From assembly GCA_965261055.1 (NCBI GenBank), contig OZ253440.1:753639-817638 (forward strand): a DNA stretch of 64,000 nucleotides. Direction: 5' to 3'. Below are positions 52,405 to 62,112 of this stretch, piece by piece (the stretch's first letter is position 1; each line of letters starts with the position of its first letter). This DNA is from Fibrobacteria bacterium (GTDB lineage: Bacteria > Fibrobacterota > Fibrobacteria > UBA11236 > JADFYW01). The notes beneath the pieces were generated by a model. That model searched no databases, was not told where the DNA came from, and saw nothing but the letters and a program-made list of their open reading frames with translations. A program made the translations under genes and the position numbers.

Positions 52405-53664
52405 ATGACTGTACTTTCTTCAGATTCTTTAAAAATTGCTCAAAACTCGCGAGATGCTTCTCTTATATTAAGAACATTTACACACGCACAGCGTAATTTT
52501 TTTCTGAAAGATTTAGCTTCAGAGCTTCATAAACAACAAGATGTAATTTTGAGTGACAATAAAAAAGATTTAAACCAAGCTCAAAAAAATAAACTTTCTT
52601 CAGCAATGATTGATAGACTTTCTCTCACTCCTGAACGCCTTAAGAATATTATTCAAAGTGTTAGAAAAATAAAACAACTTCCCAATCCTTTAAATAAAAC
52701 CTTAGAAACAAAAAAATCTCCAGAAGGTCTTAAAATTAAACGGACATCAACTCCTATTGGTTCTATATTATTTATTTTTGAGTCTAGACCAAATGTTACC
52801 ATTGATGGTGCTTCCCTTTGTATCAAGAGTGGAAATTCTGTTATTTTAAAAGGTGGTAAAGAATGCCTTTATACGAACCAAGCCTTTTACAAATGTATTC
52901 AAGCTAGCTTAACTAAAAATAAATTCCCCTTGAATGCCGTTCAACTCATTACAAATATTAACCATAATTTTATTAAAAATTTATTACAAAATGACAAAAA
53001 CATTGATTTGGTTATTCCTCGTGGTGGCGAAGGTCTGATTCAATCCGTAGTTAAAAATTCCAAGATACCAGTCATAAAACATTATAAGGGACTTTGTCAT
53101 ATATTCGTTGATGCTTCAGCTAATATTGAGAAATCATCTCATATTTTACTCAATGCAAAAGTACAGCGACCTGGTGTTTGCAACGCGATGGAGACTCTTC
53201 TTCTCCATGAAAAATTGGGTGTAACCAAAATTAAACAATTATTAAAACCTTTATTTAACGCATCTGTATGTATTATAGGATGCTCTGCAACTCGAAAAAT
53301 TTTTAATACTATTAAATCCGCAAAAAGTATAGACTGGGATACAGAATACCTCAATCTTGATTTATCCGTTAAGATTGTTAAAAATTTAGATGCAGCGATT
53401 TTCCATATTCAAAAACACGGAACAAACCACACAGAAGCGATTTTATCTGAAGATAAACAATCTCAAAAAGAATTTATTTCTCGTATTGATAGCTCATCTG
53501 TTATGATCAATGCTTCCACCCGTTTTGCTGATGGAAGTGTTTACGGATTAGGTGCCGAAGTAGGTATTAGCACAGACCGTTTACATGCACGTGGTCCTAT
53601 GGGAATTGAAAGCCTCACAACTTATCAATGGATTATAACTGGCTCTGGTCACATCCGTCAATAA
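52405..53664 (+). CDS. proA: gamma-glutamyl phosphate reductase
   Basis: The aldedh-like fold is present, with the CNAMETLL catalytic Cys motif. It is 419 aa. Confidence 0.85.
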   Translation: MTVLSSDSLKIAQNSRDASLILRTFTHAQRNFFLKDLASELHKQQDVILSDNKKDLNQAQKNKLSSAMIDRLSLTPERLKNIIQSVRKIKQLPNPLNKTLETKKSPEGLKIKRTSTPIGSILFIFESRPNVTIDGASLCIKSGNSVILKGGKECLYTNQAFYKCIQASLTKNKFPLNAVQLITNINHNFIKNLLQNDKNIDLVIPRGGEGLIQSVVKNSKIPVIKHYKGLCHIFVDASANIEKSSHILLNAKVQRPGVCNAMETLLLHEKLGVTKIKQLLKPLFNASVCIIGCSATRKIFNTIKSAKSIDWDTEYLNLDLSVKIVKNLDAAIFHIQKHGTNHTEAILSEDKQSQKEFISRIDSSSVMINASTRFADGSVYGLGAEVGISTDRLHARGPMGIESLTTYQWIITGSGHIRQ

Positions 53665-53709
53665 TTTTTTACAACACCTTTATTCACAAATCATTCTATA
53701 GGAGAATCC

Positions 53710-54537
53710 ATGCAAGAACAAAACCCAATCAAAGCGAACCTTGTTGCCTTCATTGTTGCGGGGCTATTAATATTTATAGTTCTAGCTTTATTTCTAAATC
53801 CTTTTGTAACTATTAATGCTGGTGAACGAGGTATTCTTCTAAACTTTGGAGCCGTACAAAATGAAATCCTCGCTGAAGGTTTACATTTTAAAATCCCTAT
53901 TATGCAACAGATTGTACCTATTGATATTAAAATTCAAAAACTACAAACAGATTCTGAAGCCTCAACTAGAGACTTACAAAATACTCGCTTTTCAATTGTA
54001 GTAAACTATTCTATTAGCCCAACTAAAGTAAACTGGATTTACCAAAATATAGGTGTGAATTATCGTAATCGGATCATTGACCCATCTGTCCAAGAAGTCG
54101 TTAAAGCTGTTACCGCAAAATATACTGCAGAACAACTCATTACCCAACGAGATGCTGTAAGCCAAGAAATTAAAATTTCTTTAAATGATAAACTAACAAA
54201 ATATCATATCATCGTTAGCAACTTTTCAATTGTAAACTTTAGTTTTTCCGCTCAATTCACTCAAGCGATTGAAAACAAACAAATAGCTGAACAAAATGCT
54301 CTCAAAGCGAAAAGAGATTTACAACGTATTAAAATTGAAGCTCAACAAGAAATTGAACAAGCAAAAGCGGAAACAGAAGCCCTTCGCCTTAAAGGAAAAG
54401 AGGTTACTTCTGCACTGATTCAATTAAAAATCATTGAAGCTCAATTTGAAGCAATTAAGAAATGGGACGGAAAGCTACCTCATATCACAACAGAATCTAC
54501 ACCCTTCTTAGACATTAAAAAATACGATTCTAGATAA
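53710..54537 (+). CDS. SPFH/band-7 protein, prohibitin-like
   Basis: It has an N-terminal transmembrane helix and a PHB domain (GERGILLNFGAVQ..., DLQNT), with a coiled-coil C-terminus. Confidence 0.75.
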   Translation: MQEQNPIKANLVAFIVAGLLIFIVLALFLNPFVTINAGERGILLNFGAVQNEILAEGLHFKIPIMQQIVPIDIKIQKLQTDSEASTRDLQNTRFSIVVNYSISPTKVNWIYQNIGVNYRNRIIDPSVQEVVKAVTAKYTAEQLITQRDAVSQEIKISLNDKLTKYHIIVSNFSIVNFSFSAQFTQAIENKQIAEQNALKAKRDLQRIKIEAQQEIEQAKAETEALRLKGKEVTSALIQLKIIEAQFEAIKKWDGKLPHITTESTPFLDIKKYDSR

Positions 54538-54565
54538 AAATACGAGCCTAAACGATAATTTCTCT

Positions 54566-54970
54566 ATGGCTCAACAATCTTTCTTAGATAAAATCAAATT
54601 TGATAGCAACGGTTTAGTGACAGCTGTTGCTGTTGATGTTAAAGATGGCGAAATTGTTATGCTTGCCTACGTGAATAAAGAAGCATTAACCAAAATTTTG
54701 GAAACAAAAATTATGCATTATTGGTCTCGCTCAAGGCAAGAGCTTTGGCTTAAAGGCGATATTTCTGGAAATACTCAGAAAGTATGTCGTATTCGTATTG
54801 ATTGTGATGGTGACGCTCTTCTTTTTGAAATAGAACCTCAAGGCGTTGGAGCCGCTTGCCACGATGGTTATCGTTCTTGCTTTTATCGCGAATTTACAAA
54901 AGAAAATTCTTGGGAAATTATTCCTAACGAAAAACCTCTTTTTGATCCTAAAGAAATTTACAAAAAATAA
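54566..54970 (+). CDS. hisI: phosphoribosyl-AMP cyclohydrolase
   Basis: GLVTAVAVD...WSRSRQELWLKG..CDGDALL..C is the HisI signature. Confidence 0.8.
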   Translation: MAQQSFLDKIKFDSNGLVTAVAVDVKDGEIVMLAYVNKEALTKILETKIMHYWSRSRQELWLKGDISGNTQKVCRIRIDCDGDALLFEIEPQGVGAACHDGYRSCFYREFTKENSWEIIPNEKPLFDPKEIYKK

Positions 54971-55243
54971 GATTAGCAATATTCAAATACCATTTTAGCA
55001 TCTCTAATTTATGCCTTTCACATTATATGCCCCATTATTTTGAACCAAATTTACAAAAAATCAATAATTCTTAAAAACATTACCATTAAAAATTTGACTT
55101 CAAAAGAAAATGCATTGCTTATCCCGAATAACAAAGTTATTCTCGTTAGTAGAGTATTATCTGTGATGTTATTGATATCACAGTCACGAAAAATAAAACT
55201 AAATACATAGAAGGTTTTGTAAACAAAATACAACCAACCTTAA

Positions 55244-55870
55244 AGCCAAGTCTTTCTACATACATCATTTAAAATGTGTGGATATAGCAACACCTTAGCT
55301 ACGAACAACAACTTTTACTAAAACAACAACAGGTTAGTGACAACTTTGCAAAAAAAAAAAGCAAAAAATTAAGCTTGGTAGGCTACTATATTTTCCCCTT
55401 ACACTTTAATAAAATTTTCTCATTCTCAGTAAAAGAATTCATCTACAGCCAGATTCATCAAATGCCATTCGTTTAGGATCTCAAAAGTACGCCTTAGAAC
55501 AAAATTTATCTTGTTATGATTTAAAACGAGAAAGTGCTTATCTAAGCCTAACAATTAAAACTTCATCTACAGATACAATTATGATTCTTTTACAAATTGA
55601 CCTCTCCTTTAGAAAGAAGGAAAACCTAACTGTATTATTTTGTACTTACCTAAAACAGGTTTAATACCCGAAATCATTGAAATTTTAATTAAAGTAAGTG
55701 CGTCTAAGGTTCTTTATATTGGTTGTAACCTACATCTCAAGCAAGAGATGTTTCTAGTTTATCACCCAATTACAATATCGTATCTGCACAACCCATAGAT
55801 ATGTTTCCAGATACACATCATATTGAAAATGTAGTTTTACTACAAAAAAATTCTTTTTTATTAGATTGAT
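55244..55870 (+). pseudogene. RumA/RlmD (TrmA-family) RNA (uracil-5)-methyltransferase remnant, N-terminally deleted and frameshifted
   Basis: KMCGYSNTLAT corresponds to SAM motif I (DLFCGvGtFsLaLA). IDLSFRKK is a degraded DPPRkG motif. VLYIGCNLHLKQE matches vYVSCNPaTlaRD. IVSAQPIDMFPDTHHIENVVLLQ matches the C-terminal PVDMFPHTxHVE motif. These lie in three frames with stops, and the upstream TRAM/Fe-S domains are missing. Confidence 0.5.
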
Positions 55871-57192
55871 GAGTTCGGTTGCTTTAAAAACTGCAACCAA
55901 TCTTTAATTTTTTTTTCATAACCTTCGTCCGATGGTTTGTAAAACTTTTCGTATTTAAGATGATTAGGAAGATACTGTTGCTCAACCCAATGCTTAGAAT
56001 AATCATGGGGATATTTGTATGACTCCTCATTTTTTGGAAAAGACGATCTTGAATAATCTTTTAAATGAGCTGGAACTTCGTTTGTCATTGAACGCTGTTC
56101 AACAATTTTAAGTGCTTCAAAATAATTTTTTGTGCTATTACTTTTAGCCGTTACACTTAAATACAAACAAGCATGAGCCAAATGATACTGACCTTCTGGT
56201 AAACCAATATGATCAAAAGCTTGAAAGCAAGACATAACAACTTTAATTGCGTTAGAATCCGCCAAACCAACATCTTCACTGGCAAGGATCATCATTCGTC
56301 GAAAAATAAAACGAGGATCCTCTCCAGCATGAATCATTTTTGCTAACCAATACAAAGAGGCGTCTGGATCTGAACCTCGTATAGACTTAATAAAAGCAGA
56401 AATAACATCGTAATGCTGATCTCCATTTTTATCGTAATTAACTTGTTTACTTTGCACCGTCTGTTCAATATAAGATAACTTGATTTTAATATCATCTTTT
56501 TTTAAAAAACGCACTGCAAGCTCTAAAGTATTTAAAGCAATTCTAGCATCTCCCGAAGCCATTTCAATCAAATATTCTAAAGCATCCTCTTCAAAAGCAA
56601 CACAAGATCCTATGTCTAACCCTTTTGATTTATCATGTAATGCTTTTTCTAGCATTCTTTGCAAATCAGAGCGTTCTAATAATTTAAATTGAAAAACCTG
56701 GCACCTAGATAATAAAGCTTTATTCACTGCAAAATAAGGGTTTTCAGTAGTTGCTCCTATTAAAATAATTAATCCGTTTTCAACAAAAGGCAATAAAGAA
56801 TCTTGTTGAGCTTTATTAAAACGATGTAATTCATCAATAAACAAAATATGCTTTCTTTGTATACTTTGAGACCGATTAGCTGATTTAATCACTTCTCGTA
56901 TTTCTTTAACTCCTGCAAAAACAGCATTAATTTGTGAAAAATCTGAATTCGTTTCTTGAGAGATAATCCTAGCTAATGAAGTTTTACCAATTCCCGAAGG
57001 TCCATGAAAAATCATTGAAAAAATTTGATCACTCTCAATACTTTTTCTTAAGACACCTTCCATCCCTAAGAAATGTTCTTGCCCAAAAAAGTCATTCAAA
57101 CAAGAAGGACGCATACGAACAGCTAAGGGCTTTGAATTATTACTCTCATCAAGTGAAAATAATGAGTTTTCTTCTGATTCAAATAGATCCAT
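55861..57192 (-). CDS. rarA: replication-associated recombination protein A (AAA+ ATPase)
   Basis: FHGPSGIGKTSLARIIS Walker A and the MgsA C-terminal domain are present. It is 443 aa. Confidence 0.85.
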   Translation of the reverse strand: MDLFESEENSLFSLDESNNSKPLAVRMRPSCLNDFFGQEHFLGMEGVLRKSIESDQIFSMIFHGPSGIGKTSLARIISQETNSDFSQINAVFAGVKEIREVIKSANRSQSIQRKHILFIDELHRFNKAQQDSLLPFVENGLIILIGATTENPYFAVNKALLSRCQVFQFKLLERSDLQRMLEKALHDKSKGLDIGSCVAFEEDALEYLIEMASGDARIALNTLELAVRFLKKDDIKIKLSYIEQTVQSKQVNYDKNGDQHYDVISAFIKSIRGSDPDASLYWLAKMIHAGEDPRFIFRRMMILASEDVGLADSNAIKVVMSCFQAFDHIGLPEGQYHLAHACLYLSVTAKSNSTKNYFEALKIVEQRSMTNEVPAHLKDYSRSSFPKNEESYKYPHDYSKHWVEQQYLPNHLKYEKFYKPSDEGYEKKIKDWLQFLKQPNSSI

Positions 57193-57193
57193 T

Positions 57194-58093
57194 TTACTTA
57201 AAAAAAGGATTAGCTAGAAATACCATAATCACAGGCAAATAAAGTAATGAAAATAAAAATACAGATAAAGCTGCCTTTTCCGTTCGACGAATGTAGAGCA
57301 ACACCGCTTTATTCAAAAAAAGTATCCCTATAACCAGAGCTGCTAAAAGGTATGTCCAGTGAGCTGTACCCAAAGTAAAGGGAAGAACACTTACAACAAT
57401 TAAAATTAAAATTTGTATAATCATTTGCCGAAAAGTCAAACCACCACTAGAATCTTTTGACGAAAGCATCACAAATTTAGCCTTTGCGTAATCTTCTCTA
57501 TATATCCAATCCAAAGCTAAAAAATGTGGTATTTGCCAAAAAAAGAAAATAAAGAAAATAACCAAGCCATCTAAGGTAACTTGACTTTGAACAGTAAGCC
57601 AGCCCATGATAGGAGGTAAAGCTCCAGGAACTCCACCTATTAAAGTACTCAATGTTGTCACTTTTTTTAATGGCGTGTAAATCAATACATATGAAACTAA
57701 AATACATAAACCAATCAATGTAACCGCAAAATTAATATTTAACCATAAAATAACTATTCCTAAAATTCCACAAAACAGACCATAAACAAGTGCTCCTAAA
57801 ATTGTAATTTGTCCCAAGGGTAGTGGTCTAGCTTTGGTGCGATCCATTAAAGCATCTTGCTTAACTTCTAAAACTTGATTCAGAGAAAAACAACTCGTAC
57901 AAATAAACAAAGTACCTAACATTAAATAACCAAATTGAGCCCAATCTATTGTACCTTGATTTAACGCATAAAAATACCCAAAAGCAACAGATAGTAAATT
58001 AAAACGAGTCATTTTAAACTTTGATAAATACCAAAAAACTGAAAATTTGTGAATCATGTAAATCATAAGTCTAAAAGTAAAAATTAACAACAA
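57194..58093 (-). CDS. ctaB: protoheme IX farnesyltransferase (heme O synthase), UbiA family
   Basis: It has polytopic transmembrane helices and the UbiA Asp-rich motif region (NQVLEVKQDALMDRTKARP). Confidence 0.75.
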   Translation of the reverse strand: MLLIFTFRLMIYMIHKFSVFWYLSKFKMTRFNLLSVAFGYFYALNQGTIDWAQFGYLMLGTLFICTSCFSLNQVLEVKQDALMDRTKARPLPLGQITILGALVYGLFCGILGIVILWLNINFAVTLIGLCILVSYVLIYTPLKKVTTLSTLIGGVPGALPPIMGWLTVQSQVTLDGLVIFFIFFFWQIPHFLALDWIYREDYAKAKFVMLSSKDSSGGLTFRQMIIQILILIVVSVLPFTLGTAHWTYLLAALVIGILFLNKAVLLYIRRTEKAALSVFLFSLLYLPVIMVFLANPFFK

Positions 58094-58156
58094 TAAAAAT
58101 TAAAATAGTTATTCATATTATTGAATAACTCTAGTGATATTTGATAATTTTGTTTC

Positions 58157-59821
58157 ATGATAAACTATACAACTTCCAAAGATTTTATTCGAACACAAAT
58201 TGACTTTGATTTAAAAAACAAAAAACACTCTCATATTATCACCCGTTTCCCCCCTGAACCCAATGGTTATTTACACATCGGTCACGCAAAATCTATCTGC
58301 TTAAATTTTGGAATCTCTAAAGAATACCCCAATTCTTCTTGCAATTTAAGATTTGATGATACAAACCCAGAAAAAGAAGAAACTCATTTTGTTGATGCCA
58401 TTAAAAAAGATTTGAAATGGCTGAATGTCAAATGGAAAAACTTACATTTTTCATCAAACTATTTTGACAAACTCTACCTGTCGGCAATTAAACTTATCAA
58501 AATGGGCAAAGCCTTTATTTGTGACCTTTCTATTGATGAAATTCGAGACTTTCGTGGTACACTTTCCGAACCAGGAAGCGATAGTCCTTATCGCAACCGC
58601 TCTATAGAAGAAAATCTTTCTCTGTTTGGAAAAATGAAAAAAGGAGACTTTAAAGATGGCTTTTGTTGTTTAAGAGCAAAAATTGATATGACATCTGGAA
58701 ATATTAATATGCGTGACCCTGTCTTGTATCGTATTCGTAAAGTGAATCATCCTAATTGTTCAATACCTTGGAATATTTATCCTACGTATGATTATACACA
58801 CTGCATCTCAGATGCAATTGAAAAAATAACTCATTCGCTTTGTACACTTGAATTTGAGGATCACCGTCCTCTTTATAATTGGATTTTGGAAACACTTGAA
58901 TTTGAAAAACCACTCCCCCAACAAATTGAATTTGCTAGACTAAATATGACCTACTGTTTAATGAGTAAACGAAAATTATCTCAACTTGTCGATCAAAAAT
59001 TTGTAGAAAATTGGTCTGATCCCAGAATGCCTACTTTATCTGGATTATGTCGCAGAGGCTATACAGCCTCTTCAATTCACACTTTTTGTCAAAAAATTGG
59101 CTTAGCTAAACGCAATAGTATAGTTGACATTCAACTTCTCGAATCTTGTATTCGCCAAGAGCTCAATCAAGTCGCTAATCGTATGATGGCAGTGCTCGAT
59201 CCAGTCAAAGTCATTATTCAAAATTACCTCAAAGATAAAACCGAAAAACTTGAAGCTCGTAATAATCCAGAAAATTTAGAATCAGGTACTCGATTCTTAA
59301 CTTTTTCTAAAGAAATTTATATTGATCGCAGTGATTTTTTAGAAGATGCTCCTAAGAAATTTTTTCGGTTGAGTCCTGGCCATGAAGTACGCTTACGCTA
59401 CGGCTATCTTATCAAATGCGAATCTTTTAAGAAAGATTCCGATGGAAATATTATTGAAATTTACTGTTCCTATGATCCTAAAAGTAAAGGTGGGAAATCT
59501 TCCGATGGTAGACGCGTTAAAGGAATTATCCATTGGGTGGACGCTCAAGAACATAATACAACCTCTGTTTATTTGTATGACCACCTATTTAATGTTAAAA
59601 ATCCTGGTTCTTTTAAAGATTTGGGAAGCATTATAAACTCTTCTTCTCTAATTGTAAAACAAGCTAAAATTGAGAAACATTTAAGCCAAATGAAACAAGG
59701 AGAAAGGGTGCAGTTTGAACGTATAGGTTATTTTTATGTAGATAGGATAGAAAATGAACAACCAGTTTTTCACCGCATTGTTAATTTAAAAGATACTTGG
59801 TCTAAATTACAAAAAAAGTAA
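58157..59821 (+). CDS. glnS: glutaminyl-tRNA synthetase
   Basis: TRFPPEPNGYLHIGHAKSICLNFG (HIGH) and LMSKRKLS (KMSKS) are present. It is 554 aa and has GlnRS-specific anticodon-binding beta-barrels. Confidence 0.85.
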   Translation: MINYTTSKDFIRTQIDFDLKNKKHSHIITRFPPEPNGYLHIGHAKSICLNFGISKEYPNSSCNLRFDDTNPEKEETHFVDAIKKDLKWLNVKWKNLHFSSNYFDKLYLSAIKLIKMGKAFICDLSIDEIRDFRGTLSEPGSDSPYRNRSIEENLSLFGKMKKGDFKDGFCCLRAKIDMTSGNINMRDPVLYRIRKVNHPNCSIPWNIYPTYDYTHCISDAIEKITHSLCTLEFEDHRPLYNWILETLEFEKPLPQQIEFARLNMTYCLMSKRKLSQLVDQKFVENWSDPRMPTLSGLCRRGYTASSIHTFCQKIGLAKRNSIVDIQLLESCIRQELNQVANRMMAVLDPVKVIIQNYLKDKTEKLEARNNPENLESGTRFLTFSKEIYIDRSDFLEDAPKKFFRLSPGHEVRLRYGYLIKCESFKKDSDGNIIEIYCSYDPKSKGGKSSDGRRVKGIIHWVDAQEHNTTSVYLYDHLFNVKNPGSFKDLGSIINSSSLIVKQAKIEKHLSQMKQGERVQFERIGYFYVDRIENEQPVFHRIVNLKDTWSKLQKK

Positions 59822-59822
59822 T

Positions 59823-60437
59823 TTAACTAAAAACTACAAAAATGACTGTTTGAATAATTCCTATTAAGAAACCGATGATAGCTCCTAACCTCTGAATTAA
59901 AACAATTTCGTTCTTAGCAATATTTTTAACCATTTTTTCTAAGCGTTCCAAATCAAATTCTAAAATATTTTTTTCTACAATCTGTTGGACATTCAATTTA
60001 GATTGAGCTATTTTTTGAATATGTTCTATCAAATTCTGAGGATCTTTTGAAAAAAGTTCAGCAGCTTTATCTCTTAACCCACCTAAACTTTCAGAATTAA
60101 CAAACATTTTAATCATAGGGCTAGCATCTAATATTTCATCTATTTTTTCATCCCATTTTTTACTAATATAATGCTTTATTACATCTGAAACATCTTCGGG
60201 CTGTATCCAATTAACCAAATCTTTCTCAGTAAAAAATTCTTGAGCAATCTCCCTTGAAATTCTCTCAGCAATTTGAACATGTCTCTTAGGAACTAATCCC
60301 CACAATTTAAAACCCAAAATAGAAATAGGTTTTACAGGTCGAAATAACATTTGAATTGCTAAAAAATTAGTCAACCATCCAATCACTCCAGACAAAAGTG
60401 GTATTAAAATTATAAATAAAATATTAATATATTCCAT
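59823..60437 (-). CDS. DUF445-family membrane protein
   Basis: The N-terminal GWLTNFLAIQMLFRP motif is present. Confidence 0.5.
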   Translation of the reverse strand: MEYINILFIILIPLLSGVIGWLTNFLAIQMLFRPVKPISILGFKLWGLVPKRHVQIAERISREIAQEFFTEKDLVNWIQPEDVSDVIKHYISKKWDEKIDEILDASPMIKMFVNSESLGGLRDKAAELFSKDPQNLIEHIQKIAQSKLNVQQIVEKNILEFDLERLEKMVKNIAKNEIVLIQRLGAIIGFLIGIIQTVIFVVFS

Positions 60438-60461
60438 ACTTACTTTTTTTAAGTTTCATCA

Positions 60462-61330
60462 CTATTGTTTAATCTTTTTTGTTTTAAACAAGTATAGTAA
60501 CAACACTAAAACAAAACCAATTAAGATTGATGGCAATACTACAACATAGAAAAGCATTGCCATCGAAACGCAATCAACACTGCTAACTCCTACTAAACTT
60601 GTAAAAAGTAAAATATTAACACCTTCTCTCACTCCAATATTAAAAAAAGTAAGAGGAAATATGTGAATCATCCCAATTAAAGGGGTAAAAATCAATAATG
60701 CAGAAAAAGGAATTGGTAAATTCAATGATTTAACAATAAAATATATTGATAAAATTTGAAACACCTGAATTAGCACAGTTATAATTATAGTTTGCTTAAA
60801 ATGTTTTCTCCAATTATCAAGAATCTTTACCCATTTTTGGAAAAACAATATTTTTTTCAAAAATGAAATTTTCTTTAGATAACTCCAGAACAGAAGACCT
60901 AAAATAGAAACGATCATACAAATAGACATTGGTAAAATAAAGTAGAGGAAAAGGAGTCATGTAATCATGAAACCAAATCATAGATATCCAAAAAATAACT
61001 TGAATCGTCATGAAACCAAAAACTCTACCTATTACTAAAGATTGAGCAGAATCAAATTGAGATTTTATTTGTTTCCCAAGAATAGTTGACCTTACAACAT
61101 CACCACCAAAACTGGAGGGCAAAAACAAACTAGCAAAAGCACCTATATAGATTAACTTTAAAAAAAGCCATAAAGAAGGTAGAGGACGCCTAGATAGCAA
61201 TATCCTCCATCTCCAAGCTTGTAGAAAATTTATCACAACAGTTTGCACTAAAATTGATAAAAACAAAAACCATAAAGAAGTGTTTTTAATCGTTTCCCAA
61301 ACTTGAGGAAAAGGGATAAAAATTAAAAAT
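60462..61330 (-). pseudogene. UPF0104 / lysylphosphatidylglycerol-synthase-TM-domain (flippase-like) membrane protein split by a frameshift
   Basis: Track ORFs 60817..61266 and 60462..60929 overlap by 113 nt in different frames, yet together cover one collinear family member (..FGGDVVRSTILGKQ.. N-half; polytopic C-half). The N-half frame stays open upstream to about 61330 with no ATG. Confidence 0.5.
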
Positions 61331-61507
61331 GATCCATAGAATAACTAGAGTCAAAACTAACTTAAACAGTTTTGATTTTAGCACCAAAATAATTTTATTT
61401 AAAAACATAAATTTCTAAAGCGTCAATATTAAATTGAAAGCAAAATATAACTTAAATCAAATAAAGCTGAATCTATTTAATTTGTTTAATTATTACATTT
61501 ATACAAA

Positions 61508-62086
61508 ATGACTTATTTTTTAAAAAAAATCCCTTTTATTCTTTCCACAATTTTAAAAACTCTTTTCTTTAAAAAAATTTTAACATCCTTCATGCAGCTA
61601 TGGATTTCTAGCCTAAGAATTAATTTTAACTGTTCCACTCCCTGCTTAAACAATACCCTTATTGCAGTTTGGCATACTGATCTGTTAATTGCAATTGCAA
61701 CTTTCCAAAAGCAACATTTTCATATTATGGTTTCTGCCAGCCAAGACGGCGATTTTTTAACCAATATTTGCAAAAACAGAGGCTACACAATACATCGTGG
61801 TAGCACAAGTAGAAGAGCATTAAGTGGTATTCGAAGTATGATAAAATCAACATCAACCGATAACACTCAAAAACGATTTTGTATGACTCTGGATGGTCCT
61901 AAGGGACCTGCGTATAAAGTTTCAAAAGGGGCACATTGGCTAAGTCAAAAGTTAAATGTTCCCGCATTTATTATGAAAACTTCTTGCTCTTTCTATTTTC
62001 GTTTACCAACTTGGGACAAGACTATTATCCCATTACCTTTTTCAAGAATAGAAGTAAGCTTAATAAATTATTTTCTACATTTGTGA
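61508..62086 (+). CDS. DUF374-family (lysophospholipid acyltransferase-like) protein
   Basis: AVWHTDLLIAIATFQKQHFHIMVSASQDGDFLTNICKNRGYTIHRGSTSR matches the DUF374 core (fWHnr...vSrSrDGe.ia.....G...vRGSssRgG). Confidence 0.55.
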   Translation: MTYFLKKIPFILSTILKTLFFKKILTSFMQLWISSLRINFNCSTPCLNNTLIAVWHTDLLIAIATFQKQHFHIMVSASQDGDFLTNICKNRGYTIHRGSTSRRALSGIRSMIKSTSTDNTQKRFCMTLDGPKGPAYKVSKGAHWLSQKLNVPAFIMKTSCSFYFRLPTWDKTIIPLPFSRIEVSLINYFLHL

Positions 62087-62112
62087 AAGATTCACATTAA
62101 AAATAGTTTTTT

